Positions 8,531 through 15,951 of a stretch of DNA of 32,000 nt are shown here, in pieces. This stretch comes from an uncultured Actinomycetes bacterium (lineage in GTDB: Bacteria; Actinomycetota; Actinomycetes; S36-B12; CAIYMF01). Location: positions 1,170,001 to 1,202,000 of the forward strand of contig CAWJMG010000001.1 of NCBI GenBank assembly GCA_963843975.1, written 5' to 3'. The first letter of the stretch is position 1. Every line of letters begins with the position of its first letter. Position numbers and translations under genes: made by a program. The notes below the pieces were generated by a model, which had not been told where the DNA came from, searched no databases, and saw only the letters and a list, made by a program, of their open reading frames with translations.

Positions 8531-8582
8531 CGATCTGGATGCCTGAGAGGCCCGTCCATGTGCCTCTCAGGCATCCAGATCG
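8531..8582. promoter_or_regulatory. Perfect 21-bp inverted repeat with a 10-bp spacer in a divergent promoter region
   Basis: CGATCTGGATGCCTGAGAGGC (8531-8551), spacer ccgtccatgt, then GCCTCTCAGGCATCCAGATCG (8562-8582). It lies between gene starts at 8498 (-) and about 8611 (+). Confidence 0.6.
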
Positions 8583-8610
8583 GGCCACGCGGACGGCGTA
8601 CCGCGAGGAT

Positions 8611-9180
8611 GTGCGCGTGGAGCTTCATGGGACCGTGCGCCCCGACCTGCCGCTGCTCGTCGTGGCCCTCGATCTCGAGGCCGCGCAGCTCGGCGACCGC
8701 CTGCCGGTGCTGCTGACCGGGGTGGGGAAGGTGCGCGCGGCGATCGCCGTCACGCAGCTGCTGGCGGCCGCGCGGCCCTCGCTGGTCGTGAACATCGGCA
8801 CGGCCGGTGCCCTGCGGCACGGACACGACGGGGTCCACGAGATCGGCACCGTGATCCAGCACGACTTCGCGAGCGAGGCGATCAAGAGGATCACCGGCGT
8901 GGGCTTCGGCCCGCCGATCCTGCTCGGCGACGGACTCACCCTCGCGACCGGCGACCAGTTCGTGCAGGGCGGCCCCGTGCGCGACGCCCTCGCCGAGCGC
9001 GCCGACCTGGTCGACATGGAGGCGTACGCCGTCGCGGCAGCATGCCGTGCAGCCGACGTACCGGTGCGAGTCGTGAAGCTCGTGAGCGACGACGCCGACG
9101 AGCACGCGCTGCGTTCCTGGGTCGACACCGTCTCCGACCACGCCCGCACCCTGGCCGCCTGGGTCGACGAGCACCTCTAG
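8611..9180 (+). CDS. Nucleosidase of the PNP_UDP_1 (MTA/SAH-nucleosidase-like) family
   Basis: ..LLTGVGKVRAAIAVTQLL..VVNIGTAGAL..LATGDQFV..ADLVDMEAYAVAAAC.. reproduces the GxGKvnAA / GtAGg / DMEsaA motifs of MtnN-type nucleosidases. The start could be GTG 8611 or 8617 and is uncertain. Confidence 0.8.
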   Translation: MRVELHGTVRPDLPLLVVALDLEAAQLGDRLPVLLTGVGKVRAAIAVTQLLAAARPSLVVNIGTAGALRHGHDGVHEIGTVIQHDFASEAIKRITGVGFGPPILLGDGLTLATGDQFVQGGPVRDALAERADLVDMEAYAVAAACRAADVPVRVVKLVSDDADEHALRSWVDTVSDHARTLAAWVDEHL

Positions 9181-9216
9181 ACCGGCCAGCACCGGCCGAA
9201 CCACCGCCGGCCGCAC

Positions 9217-9336
9217 CAAGATCACGACTCCGGGCGGGATCCGCGCAGTTCAACTACGTGATCCTTCCCTTAGGGAAGAATTGAGCAGTTGAACTGCGTG
9301 TTGCTTCCCTTAGGGAAGAAACACGAAGTTCATGGG
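9217..9336. repeat. Family-1 intergenic repeat, copy B (double-core version)
   Basis: It has the same head (CAAGATCACGACTCCGGGCGGGATCCGCGCAGTTCAACT..). Two perfect 15-bp palindromes CTTCCCTTAGGGAAG follow at 9264-9278 and 9304-9318. They are embedded in longer arms (GCAGTTCAACT/AGTTGAACTGC and GAACTGCGTGTTG/AAACACGAAGTTC). It lies between convergent gene ends. Confidence 0.85.
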
Positions 9337-9357
9337 TCGTGCTGACGGTTGGGGCGG

Positions 9358-10236
9358 TCAGGCGCGGAGGATGGGGCGGGTCATGCAGGTGGGGCCGCCC
9401 TCGCCCTTGTCGCTCTGCTCGGAGACGAAGGTGTGCACCTCGACGCCCTTCTCGCGCAGCTTGTCGGCCGTGCGCACGTTGCGCTCGCCCATGAGGACGA
9501 CCCCGGGGCGCACCGCGAGGATGTTGCAGCCGAGGGTGACGTACTCCTCGTCGTCGACGACGACCCACTCGATGCCGCGCTTGGCGAGCGACTGCAGCAT
9601 CGCGACGGGCGCGAGCTTCTCGTAGACGACGGCGAGGTCCTCGCGCACCGGCGAGACCGTCGACATCAGGTGCAGGCAGTACTCCGGGCCGAGGTCGTGC
9701 GGCAGGTCGAACACCTCGACCGCGACGCCGTCCGCGGCCAGGATCCCGCGCATCTGGTCGACCGCGTCCTGGTTGGTGCGATAGCTGCGGCCGATCGCGA
9801 CGGTGTCCTCGTCCATCCAGTACATGTCGCCTGCGTCCGCCGTGGCGTCGCCCACGAGTCGGCCGATGGTCGGCACTCCGGCCGACTCGAGGCCCGCGAT
9901 CAGGTGCGAGCCCTCGCCGCGGCGCGCCTCCTTCGCCGCGATCAGCTCGATCGAGCCGGACGGCCCGACGAAGACCGGGTCGTACACGAACACGGCGTCC
10001 GGCAGCCCCGGCACCGGGTCGAGCTCGACGACCTCGGAGCCGAGCTCGCGCAGCGTGGCCACGAAGCCCGAGTGCTGGTCGGCGAGCCGGTCGAGGTCGG
10101 GCGTCTGCCAGTGCGCAGCCTTGTACTGCGCGACGACGTCGGCTCCGCCCATGAGCGGACGGCGTACGGCGACGCGCTGGAGCGGCGCGACCGACGAGCG
10201 GACGCCGTACGAGGAGGTGGTGGTGGCTGCGGTCAT
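9358..10236 (-). CDS. Dimethylarginine dimethylaminohydrolase-like amidinotransferase (DDAH / arginine deiminase superfamily)
   Basis: 292 aa. Features include ..DAVFVYDP.., ..CLHLMS.., ..GCNILAVRPGVVLM.. and a C-terminal catalytic-Cys motif GGPTCMTRPIL typical of the guanidino-modifying enzyme fold. Confidence 0.85.
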   Translation of the reverse strand: MTAATTTSSYGVRSSVAPLQRVAVRRPLMGGADVVAQYKAAHWQTPDLDRLADQHSGFVATLRELGSEVVELDPVPGLPDAVFVYDPVFVGPSGSIELIAAKEARRGEGSHLIAGLESAGVPTIGRLVGDATADAGDMYWMDEDTVAIGRSYRTNQDAVDQMRGILAADGVAVEVFDLPHDLGPEYCLHLMSTVSPVREDLAVVYEKLAPVAMLQSLAKRGIEWVVVDDEEYVTLGCNILAVRPGVVLMGERNVRTADKLREKGVEVHTFVSEQSDKGEGGPTCMTRPILRA

Positions 10237-10279
10237 GGGCGCGAGCCTGCCAGAGGAGGCACGGGCCTGGAAACTCGTG

Positions 10280-10316
10280 TGTCGACGCTGTCGAATCGGG
10301 AAGGGTGTGCTCGTAC
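10280..10316 (+). promoter_or_regulatory. Candidate ECF-type promoter upstream of the first YCII gene (tandem TGTCGA boxes, then CGTAC)
   Basis: TGTCGA at 10280-10285 and 10289-10294, a 17-nt spacer, then CGTAC at 10312-10316, about 45 nt upstream of ATG 10361. TGTCGA is what I remember as the -35 element reported for ECF42 sigma factors, but that memory is unverified. Confidence 0.35.
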
Positions 10317-10360
10317 AGGGGGTGAAGGGCAGCGAGGTGCCGCCCTGCCGAGGAGGAACG

Positions 10361-10711
10361 ATGACCTACTACAAGCTGAGCGTCTGCTACCACGACGGCG
10401 TGACCGAGCCGGGGCCGGACGAGCTCGCGCGGATCATGGCCGAGGTGGGGTCGCTCAACGACGACCTCAAAGCGGCGGGCGCCTGGGTGTTCGGCGGCGG
10501 CCTGCACGACCCGTCGACCGCCACCGTCGTGGAGACCACGGACGGCGACACGTCGATGACCGACGGGCCGTTCGTCGAGTCCAAGGAGCAGATCGGCGGC
10601 TTCACCATCGTCGAGGTCGACGACCTCGACGCCGCGCTCGCCTGGGCCGCGCGCTTCTCGACCGCGACGGGCACCCCCATCGAGGTCTGGCCGTTCGCCG
10701 GCATCGGCTGA
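10361..10711 (+). CDS. YCII-related (DGPF-motif) domain protein
   Basis: ATG 10361 has AGGAGGA 5 nt upstream; 116 aa. Features are ..LKAAGAWVFGGGLHDP..TDGPFVESKEQIGGFTIVEVDDLDAALAWAA.., that is, the DGPF motif plus a YciI-like fold signature. Confidence 0.9.
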   Translation: MTYYKLSVCYHDGVTEPGPDELARIMAEVGSLNDDLKAAGAWVFGGGLHDPSTATVVETTDGDTSMTDGPFVESKEQIGGFTIVEVDDLDAALAWAARFSTATGTPIEVWPFAGIG

Positions 10712-10852
10712 GCGCCGTACGCCGTTCGTACAGCACGTGAGGGTGCCGCCACCGGCACCCGCTGGGGAACCTGAGGGCCTCTACGGTTCGCGGGGGCACC
10801 CTCATACGGAATCTGACAGCGTTCGACCACCACATATCGAGAGGCACGAGAC

Positions 10853-11203
10853 ATGAGCGAGTACCTGCTGGCGGTGCACGGGTCGGACGACCAGGCCAAC
10901 TACGCGACCCCTGAGGAGATGCAGGCCGCCTTCGCGGCGGTGAACGCGTTCAACTCCGCGCTCCAGGAAGCGGGCGCGTGGGTCTTCGCGGGCGGCCTCA
11001 TGCCCAAGGAGACGGCGTACGTCGTGCGCACGAACGAGGACGGTGCCTACCGCACCGACGGCCCGTTCCTCGAGAGCAAGGAGCACCTCGGCGGCTTCTG
11101 GGTGATCGACGTGGCCGACGACACCGCGGCGTTCGAGTGGGCCGCGAAGGGTGCGGTCGCCTGCGCCCAGCCCGTCGAGGTCCGTCCCTTCCAAGGCGTA
11201 TGA
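10853..11203 (+). CDS. YCII-related (DGPF-motif) domain protein, paralog 2
   Basis: 116 aa: ..LQEAGAWVFAGGLMP..RTDGPFLESKEHLGGFWVIDVADDTAAFEWAA... GAGAGG lies upstream of ATG 10853. Confidence 0.9.
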   Translation: MSEYLLAVHGSDDQANYATPEEMQAAFAAVNAFNSALQEAGAWVFAGGLMPKETAYVVRTNEDGAYRTDGPFLESKEHLGGFWVIDVADDTAAFEWAAKGAVACAQPVEVRPFQGV

Positions 11204-11216
11204 CCCCGCTCCGTCG

Positions 11217-11267
11217 CACTGATCAATCCGTTGCTTCCCGTGCCCGGTAACGACGGATTGGTCAGTG
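11217..11267. repeat. Family-2 hairpin repeat, imperfect copy, overlapping the sigma-factor start
   Basis: CACTGATCAATCCGTTGCTTCCCGTGCCCGGTAACGACGGATTGGTCAGTG. It is homologous to the perfect copy at 12510-12558, and its last three bases are the candidate GTG start of the sigma gene. Confidence 0.75.
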
Positions 11268-12509
11268 TGAGCGCCGGCGTGAGCGTGGACCGGGCTGCGG
11301 TCGAGCGCGTGTTCCGCGACGACTACGGCCGTGCGGTCGCCACGCTCGCGCGGCTCGTCGGGGACGTCGGCCTCGCGGAGGAGGCCGTGCAGGAGGCCTT
11401 CGCCGTCGCGCTCGAGACATGGCCGCGCGACGGCGTACCGCCGAGCCCGACCGGCTGGATCGTCACCACCGCACGCAACCGCGCGATCGACCGCGCGCGC
11501 CGTGAGTCCCGGCGTGACGACAAGCACGCCGCAGCGGCGACTCTCGCCGACCAGCTGCGTCCCGACGAGCCCGAGGAGGTCGGCGCCGTGCAGGACGACC
11601 GCCTCCGCCTGGTCTTCACGTGCTGCCACCCGGCGCTGGCGCCGGAGGCGCGCGTCGCGCTCACGCTGCGGCTCATCGCGGGCCTGCAGACCGCCGAGAT
11701 CGCCCGGGCGTTCCTCGTGAGCGAGACGACGATGGCCCAGCGGCTGGTGCGCGCGAAGAACAAGATCCGTGCGGCGCGCATCCCCTACCGCGTGCCCGCC
11801 GAGCACGACCTGCCCGACCGCCTCACGCCTGTGCTCGCTGTGGTCTACCTCGTCTTCAACGAGGGCTACCTCGCGAGCGACGGCACCAACGCCGAGCGCG
11901 AGGACCTGGTCGCCGAGTCGGTGCGCCTCGCGCGACTGCTCGTCGACCTCATGCCCGACGAGCCGGAGGCGCTCGGCCTGCTGGCGCTGCTGCTGCTCAC
12001 GCTGTCGCGACGTCCGGCCCGCTTCGACGACGCGGGCGACCTCGTCCTGCTGCCCGACCAGGACCGCTCGCTGTGGGACGCCTCGCTCATCGCCGAGGGG
12101 CACGAGCTCGTCCCGGAAGTGCCTGCGCCGCAACGCACCTGGGCCGTACCAGCTCCAGGCAGCCATCGCCGCCGTGCACTCCGACGCCGCGTCGGTGGAG
12201 GCCACCGACTGGTCGCAGATCGTGGCGCTCTACGACCACCTGCTCGCCATCGCGCCGTCGCCGATCGTGGCGCTCAACCGCGCGGTCGCCGTCACCGAGG
12301 TGAGCGGACCGGGCGAAGGCCTCGCGCTCGTCGATGCCCTCGACCTCGACGGCTACCACCTGCTGCACGCCGTGCGCGCCGAGCTGCTCGCGCGCACGGG
12401 CGACGCCAAGGCCGCGCGGACGGCGTACGACCGGGCGCTGGAGCTGGTCGCCAACCCGGCCGAGCGCCGTCACCTCGAGCGCCGCCGAGCAGCCCTCACC
12501 CCGCCGTGA
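11267..12509 (+). pseudogene. ECF42-type sigma-70 family factor with a long C-terminal (TPR-like/DUF6596-type) extension, interrupted by an apparent +1 frameshift at 12112-12114
   Basis: The frame from GTG 11267 gives ..AEEAVQEAFAVALETWPRDGVP..WIVTTARNRAIDRARRE..LTLRLIAGLQTAEIARAFLVSETTMAQRLVRAKNKI.. (sigma regions 2 and 4), then ..DQDRSLWDASLIAEGHELV. The conserved continuation RKCLRRNAPGPYQLQAAIAAVHSDA.. up to TGA 12507-12509 is reached only by skipping one C of the CCC at 12112-12114. The span is 1243 nt, which is 3n+1. Confidence 0.8.
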
Positions 12510-12558
12510 CACTGATCAATCCGTCGTTTCCAGGCACGGGAAACGACGGATTGATCAG
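12510..12558. terminator. Family-2 hairpin repeat, perfect copy; probable bidirectional terminator
   Basis: The 20-bp perfect stem is CTGATCAATCCGTCGTTTCC (12512-12531) / GGAAACGACGGATTGATCAG (12539-12558) with a 7-nt loop. It lies between the sigma stop (12509) and the acyl-CoA ligase stop (12574). Confidence 0.7.
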
Positions 12559-12573
12559 GCTGAGCGGTAGGGG

Positions 12574-14271
12574 TCAACGGCGGTCGGGGTGGGTCTCCAG
12601 GATCTTGCGGACGTCGCGGTGCATCACCTTGCCGATGAGCGAGCGGGGCAGCTCGTCGAGGACGAAGACCTGGCGCGGCACCTTGTAGCCGGTGAGGTTC
12701 TCGCGCACGGCATCGCGCACGGCCTCCGGGTCGAGCACCGCGAACCCCTCCGCCACGACCGCAGCGACGACCGTCTCGCCGCCCGTGTCGTTGGCGAGCC
12801 CCACGGCGGCTGCGTCGGCTACGCCCGGCACTCGGCGCAGCGCGTCCTCGACCTCGGACGGGTACACGTTGAACCCGCCGGTGATGATCAGCTCCTTGAT
12901 GCGGTCGACCACGGTGACGAAGCCGTCGTCGTCCATCACCACGATGTCGCCCGTGCGGATCCAGCCGTCCGGCAGCAGCGTCTTGGCCGTGTCCTCCGGC
13001 CGGTTCCAGTAGCCGCTCATCACCTGCGGGCCGCGCACGAGCAGCTCACCCGGCTCGTCGGTCGCGACCTCGTGCGTCGGGTCGTGCGGGTCGACCACGC
13101 GCACCTCGGTGGACGGGAACGGCACGCCGACCGAGCCCGGACGACGCGTGCCGCCAGCGGGATTCCCGAGGGTGACCGGCGACGTCTCGGTCATGCCGTA
13201 GCCCTCGACGAGCAGGCCGCCCGTCACCGCCTCCCACTGCTCGACGGTCGACGGGGGCAGCGACATCGCGCCGGAGATGCCGTAGCGGATCGTGCTGAGA
13301 TCGACGCCGCGCTTCACGGCGGCCTCCGCAAGTGCTTGGTACACAGGCGGGACCGCCGGCAGGAAGGTGGCCGGACGCCGCGCGCTCGCCTCGAGCACCT
13401 GGTCGACGTCGAACCGTGGGAACAGCACGAGCACCGCGCCGATCGAGATCGTGAACGTGAGGCACAGCGTCAACCCGTACGCGTGGAACAGCGGCAGGAC
13501 GCCGTACACGACCTCCTGGCCGTCCTTCAGGCCCGGCATCCAGGCACGGCCCTGGGCTGCGTTCGAGCGCAGGTTGCGGTGGCTGAGCATCGCGCCCTTC
13601 GGCGTGCCCGTCGTACCGCCGGTGTACTGCAGCAGTGCGAGGTCCTCCGCGGCCGGCTTGGGGTGCGAGGCCGCAAGCGGCGTCGCCACCTTCAGCAGCC
13701 GCTCCCACTTCAGCGCGCCCGGTGCCGGCGCCGTCATGGCCGCACGCGTCGCGCGCGCCTTCTTCACCGGCAGCTTGAGCATGAGCTGCTGCTTGCGGGG
13801 GAGCGCGGTGGTGATGTCGACGGCGATGATCGTGCGCAGCGGCGCAGTCTCGGCGATCGTGGCGAGAGTCCCGGCGACCTTGTCCCACGCGATCGCGACC
13901 TCTGCGCCGTGGTCGTCGAACTGGTGCTGCAGCTCCTCGCGCGTGTAGAGCGGGTTGTGCTCGACGACGACCGCGCCGAGCCGCAGCGCCGCGTAGAACG
14001 CGACCACGTGCTGAGGGCAGTTCGGCATCACCAGCGCGACGCGGTCGCCCTGGCGCACGCCGAGCCCGAGCAGCACGTTGGCCATCCGCCGCACCTGGTC
14101 GCCGAGCTCGCGGTACGTCGTCTCGGCGCCGTAGAAGTCGAGTGCGACCAGATCGGCGAAGCGCTCGACGGATGTGTCGAGCAGATCGGCGAGCGAGTCG
14201 TCGTTCTGGTCGATCTCGGCGGGGACGCCCGGTGCGTACTGGGCGAGCCAGGGGCGGTCTGCGGTGCTCAC
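12574..14271 (-). CDS. Long-chain fatty acid--CoA ligase (FadD-type AMP-dependent synthetase)
   Basis: GTG 14271 has GAGGAG 6 nt upstream; 565 aa. Features are ..LQYTGGTTGTPKGAMLSHRNL.. (AMP-binding P-loop-like motif), ..EGYGMTETSP.., ..GWIRTGDIVVMDDDGF..DRIKELII.GGFNVYP.E.E.. and ..GKVMHRDV. The listed 789-aa ORF extends upstream into non-homologous sequence and is discounted. Confidence 0.9.
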   Translation of the reverse strand: MSTADRPWLAQYAPGVPAEIDQNDDSLADLLDTSVERFADLVALDFYGAETTYRELGDQVRRMANVLLGLGVRQGDRVALVMPNCPQHVVAFYAALRLGAVVVEHNPLYTREELQHQFDDHGAEVAIAWDKVAGTLATIAETAPLRTIIAVDITTALPRKQQLMLKLPVKKARATRAAMTAPAPGALKWERLLKVATPLAASHPKPAAEDLALLQYTGGTTGTPKGAMLSHRNLRSNAAQGRAWMPGLKDGQEVVYGVLPLFHAYGLTLCLTFTISIGAVLVLFPRFDVDQVLEASARRPATFLPAVPPVYQALAEAAVKRGVDLSTIRYGISGAMSLPPSTVEQWEAVTGGLLVEGYGMTETSPVTLGNPAGGTRRPGSVGVPFPSTEVRVVDPHDPTHEVATDEPGELLVRGPQVMSGYWNRPEDTAKTLLPDGWIRTGDIVVMDDDGFVTVVDRIKELIITGGFNVYPSEVEDALRRVPGVADAAAVGLANDTGGETVVAAVVAEGFAVLDPEAVRDAVRENLTGYKVPRQVFVLDELPRSLIGKVMHRDVRKILETHPDRR

Positions 14272-14370
14272 GGTGACTCCTCGGGTCGACGTACCCACCC
14301 TCCCACCTGCGCGCCGCCCATGAGGATCAAGGCCCTGGCAGCTCGGCATCGTGCTCGCTACGGTGGCGCC

Positions 14371-14577
14371 ATGGCGGAGCAGGTGAAGGGCCCGGCGGCG
14401 TACTTCCCTTCGATCGAGAAGAGGTACGGCCAGCCGATCAGCCACTGGATGGCCGAGATCGACAAGGTGGCGGGCGAGCCGCACATGAAGCAGGTCGAGT
14501 TCCTCAAGACCGAGCACGGCCTCGGCCACGGCCACGCCAACGCGCTCGTCGCGGCGTACCGCGCCGACCACGCCTAG
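14371..14577 (+). CDS. DUF4287 domain protein
   Basis: MAEQVKGPAAYFPSIEKRYGQPISHWMAEIDKVAGEPHMKQVEFLKTEHGLGHGHANALVAAY.. matches the DUF4287 pattern (..Y..iE.ktG.....W..........k..e.v.wLk.ehglGhGhAnalv); 68 aa. Confidence 0.8.
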   Translation: MAEQVKGPAAYFPSIEKRYGQPISHWMAEIDKVAGEPHMKQVEFLKTEHGLGHGHANALVAAYRADHA

Positions 14578-14637
14578 GGCGGCGACTCGCAGATGTAACG
14601 CGCCGCGACCGGCGTCAGCCGTGCGCGGCCCTCGGGC

Positions 14638-15372
14638 GTGGGGCAGGATCGGCGCGTGCGGATCCTGGCGGTGTCGGACCTGCACTACCGCCTGCCCCAC
14701 TACGACTGGCTGGTGAACGCCGCCGACGGCGTGGACGTCGTTGCCCTCGTGGGCGATCTCGCCGACGTCGTCAGCCCCGTTCCCCTCGGCGTCCAGACCG
14801 TCGTGCTGGAGAAGTACCTCGGGCTGCTCGCCGACAAGGCCGTCGTCCTGGCCTCGTCCGGCAACCACGACCTCGACGGTCCCGGCGAGCACGGCGAGCA
14901 GGTCGCGTCGTGGTTGCGATCGGCGGGCGGTGGCAACGTGCACACCGACGGCATGTCCGTCGACATCGGCGACACCCGCTTCACGATCTGCCCCTGGTGG
15001 GACGGGCCGGTCTCACGCGAGGCGGTCGGCGCGCAGCTGGCGGCAGCAGCCGTCGACCGACCGGCGCGCTGGGTGTGGCTCTACCACTCGCCGCCTGCCG
15101 GTACGCCGCTGTGCAAGGACGGGCGCCGCGAGTTCCCCGACCACGAGCTCGCCGCCTGGATCGAGGAGCACTCGCCCGACCTCGTGCTGTGCGGCCACAT
15201 CCACCAGGCGCCCTGGATCGACGGCGGCACGTGGCACGCCGAGCTCGGCGGCACGAAGGTCTTCAACGCCGGCAAGCAGCCGGGCAAGGTGCCGCCGCAC
15301 ATCACGTTCGACCTCGAGGCCGGGACGGCCGAGTGGTTCGGCGTCTACGACGTCGAGACGATCACGCTGTAG
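14638..15372 (+). CDS. Metallophosphoesterase (calcineurin-like)
   Basis: ..RILAVSDLHY.. (DxH), ..LVGDLAD.. (GDxxD), ..SGNHD.. (GNHD/E) and ..LCGHIHQ.. (GH.H). The start is GTG 14638 or GTG 14656. Confidence 0.85.
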   Translation: MGQDRRVRILAVSDLHYRLPHYDWLVNAADGVDVVALVGDLADVVSPVPLGVQTVVLEKYLGLLADKAVVLASSGNHDLDGPGEHGEQVASWLRSAGGGNVHTDGMSVDIGDTRFTICPWWDGPVSREAVGAQLAAAAVDRPARWVWLYHSPPAGTPLCKDGRREFPDHELAAWIEEHSPDLVLCGHIHQAPWIDGGTWHAELGGTKVFNAGKQPGKVPPHITFDLEAGTAEWFGVYDVETITL

Positions 15373-15381
15373 ACCCTCGGG

Positions 15382-15874
15382 TCAGTGGACGTGGTCGCCC
15401 TCGGGGTCGCGCGCGGACCCCGTGCGGATCTCCGGAGCCTGGTGGTTCACGAGCGTGTCGAGGATGCCCTCGACCATGCCGAGGTGGCCCTCGAGCCTCG
15501 GCGAACTGGCCCTTCACGTCGACGAGGTACTGCGTGAGGCCGTCGAGCCGGCTGGCCGTCGTACGCAGCACCGCGAGGGCGGCACCCGGGTTGACGGTGA
15601 GGAAGCCCTCGGCATCGTCGGCCACGTGCACCTCGACGTCGGTCTCCGCCCGCACGGTGGCGGTGGCCGGCTTGCGCAGGACGACGGCCATCTCGCCGAA
15701 CACAGCGCCGGGCGACTCGATCCGGGCGAACGAGACGCCGTCGCGCTCGATCGTGACGCTGCCCGACTTCAGCACGTAGAGGCGACCGGGATCGGTGCCC
15801 TCCTCGATGAGCATCGCGCCCGCGGGCACGGTCTCCACGGGCAGTCGCGACGCGAGCGAGAGCAGGTCGGCCAT
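15382..15874 (-). pseudogene. Cyclic-nucleotide-binding domain protein, interrupted by an apparent +1 frameshift at 15488-15490
   Basis: From ATG 15874 the sequence reads ..VPAGAMLIEEGTDPGRLYVLKSGSVTIERDGVSFARIESPGAVFGEMAVVLRKPATATVRA.. (cNMP-binding beta-barrel, FGE motif), then ..YLVDVKGQFAEAR. Skipping one base gives GHLGMVEGILDTLVNHQAPEIRTGSARDPEGDHVH* with almost every codon ending in G/C. The unshifted frame is full of A/T-ending codons (cca cct cat ggt cga ..). The span is 493 nt, which is 3n+1. Confidence 0.8.
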
Positions 15875-15951
15875 GCGCCAAGTCTGCCCGACCCGTGTTA
15901 CGTCCGAACGACGAATCCGAGGGACCTCGCCGTACAACCGTGATCGCGGGA

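Noticed and set aside
12100-12125. Programmed ribosomal frameshifting as the explanation for the five frame breaks
   Set aside because: The five sites share no slippery heptamer, stimulatory structure or common motif. All are simply short G/C runs, and the affected genes are unrelated families not known to use recoding.
12510-12688. Read-through of the unshifted sigma-factor frame to 12688 (485-aa ORF)
   Set aside because: Beyond about 12112 this frame yields Arg/Pro-rich non-homologous sequence and runs through the terminator hairpin into the 3' end of the convergent ligase gene. The conserved C-terminus is in the +1 frame.
14272-14943. The 5' extension of the acyl-CoA ligase ORF (789 aa as listed)
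   Set aside because: The FadD-family N-terminus (..DRPWLAQYAPGVP..) starts at GTG 14271, which has a GAGGAG RBS. The extension would overlap the DUF4287 and metallophosphoesterase genes on the opposite strand.
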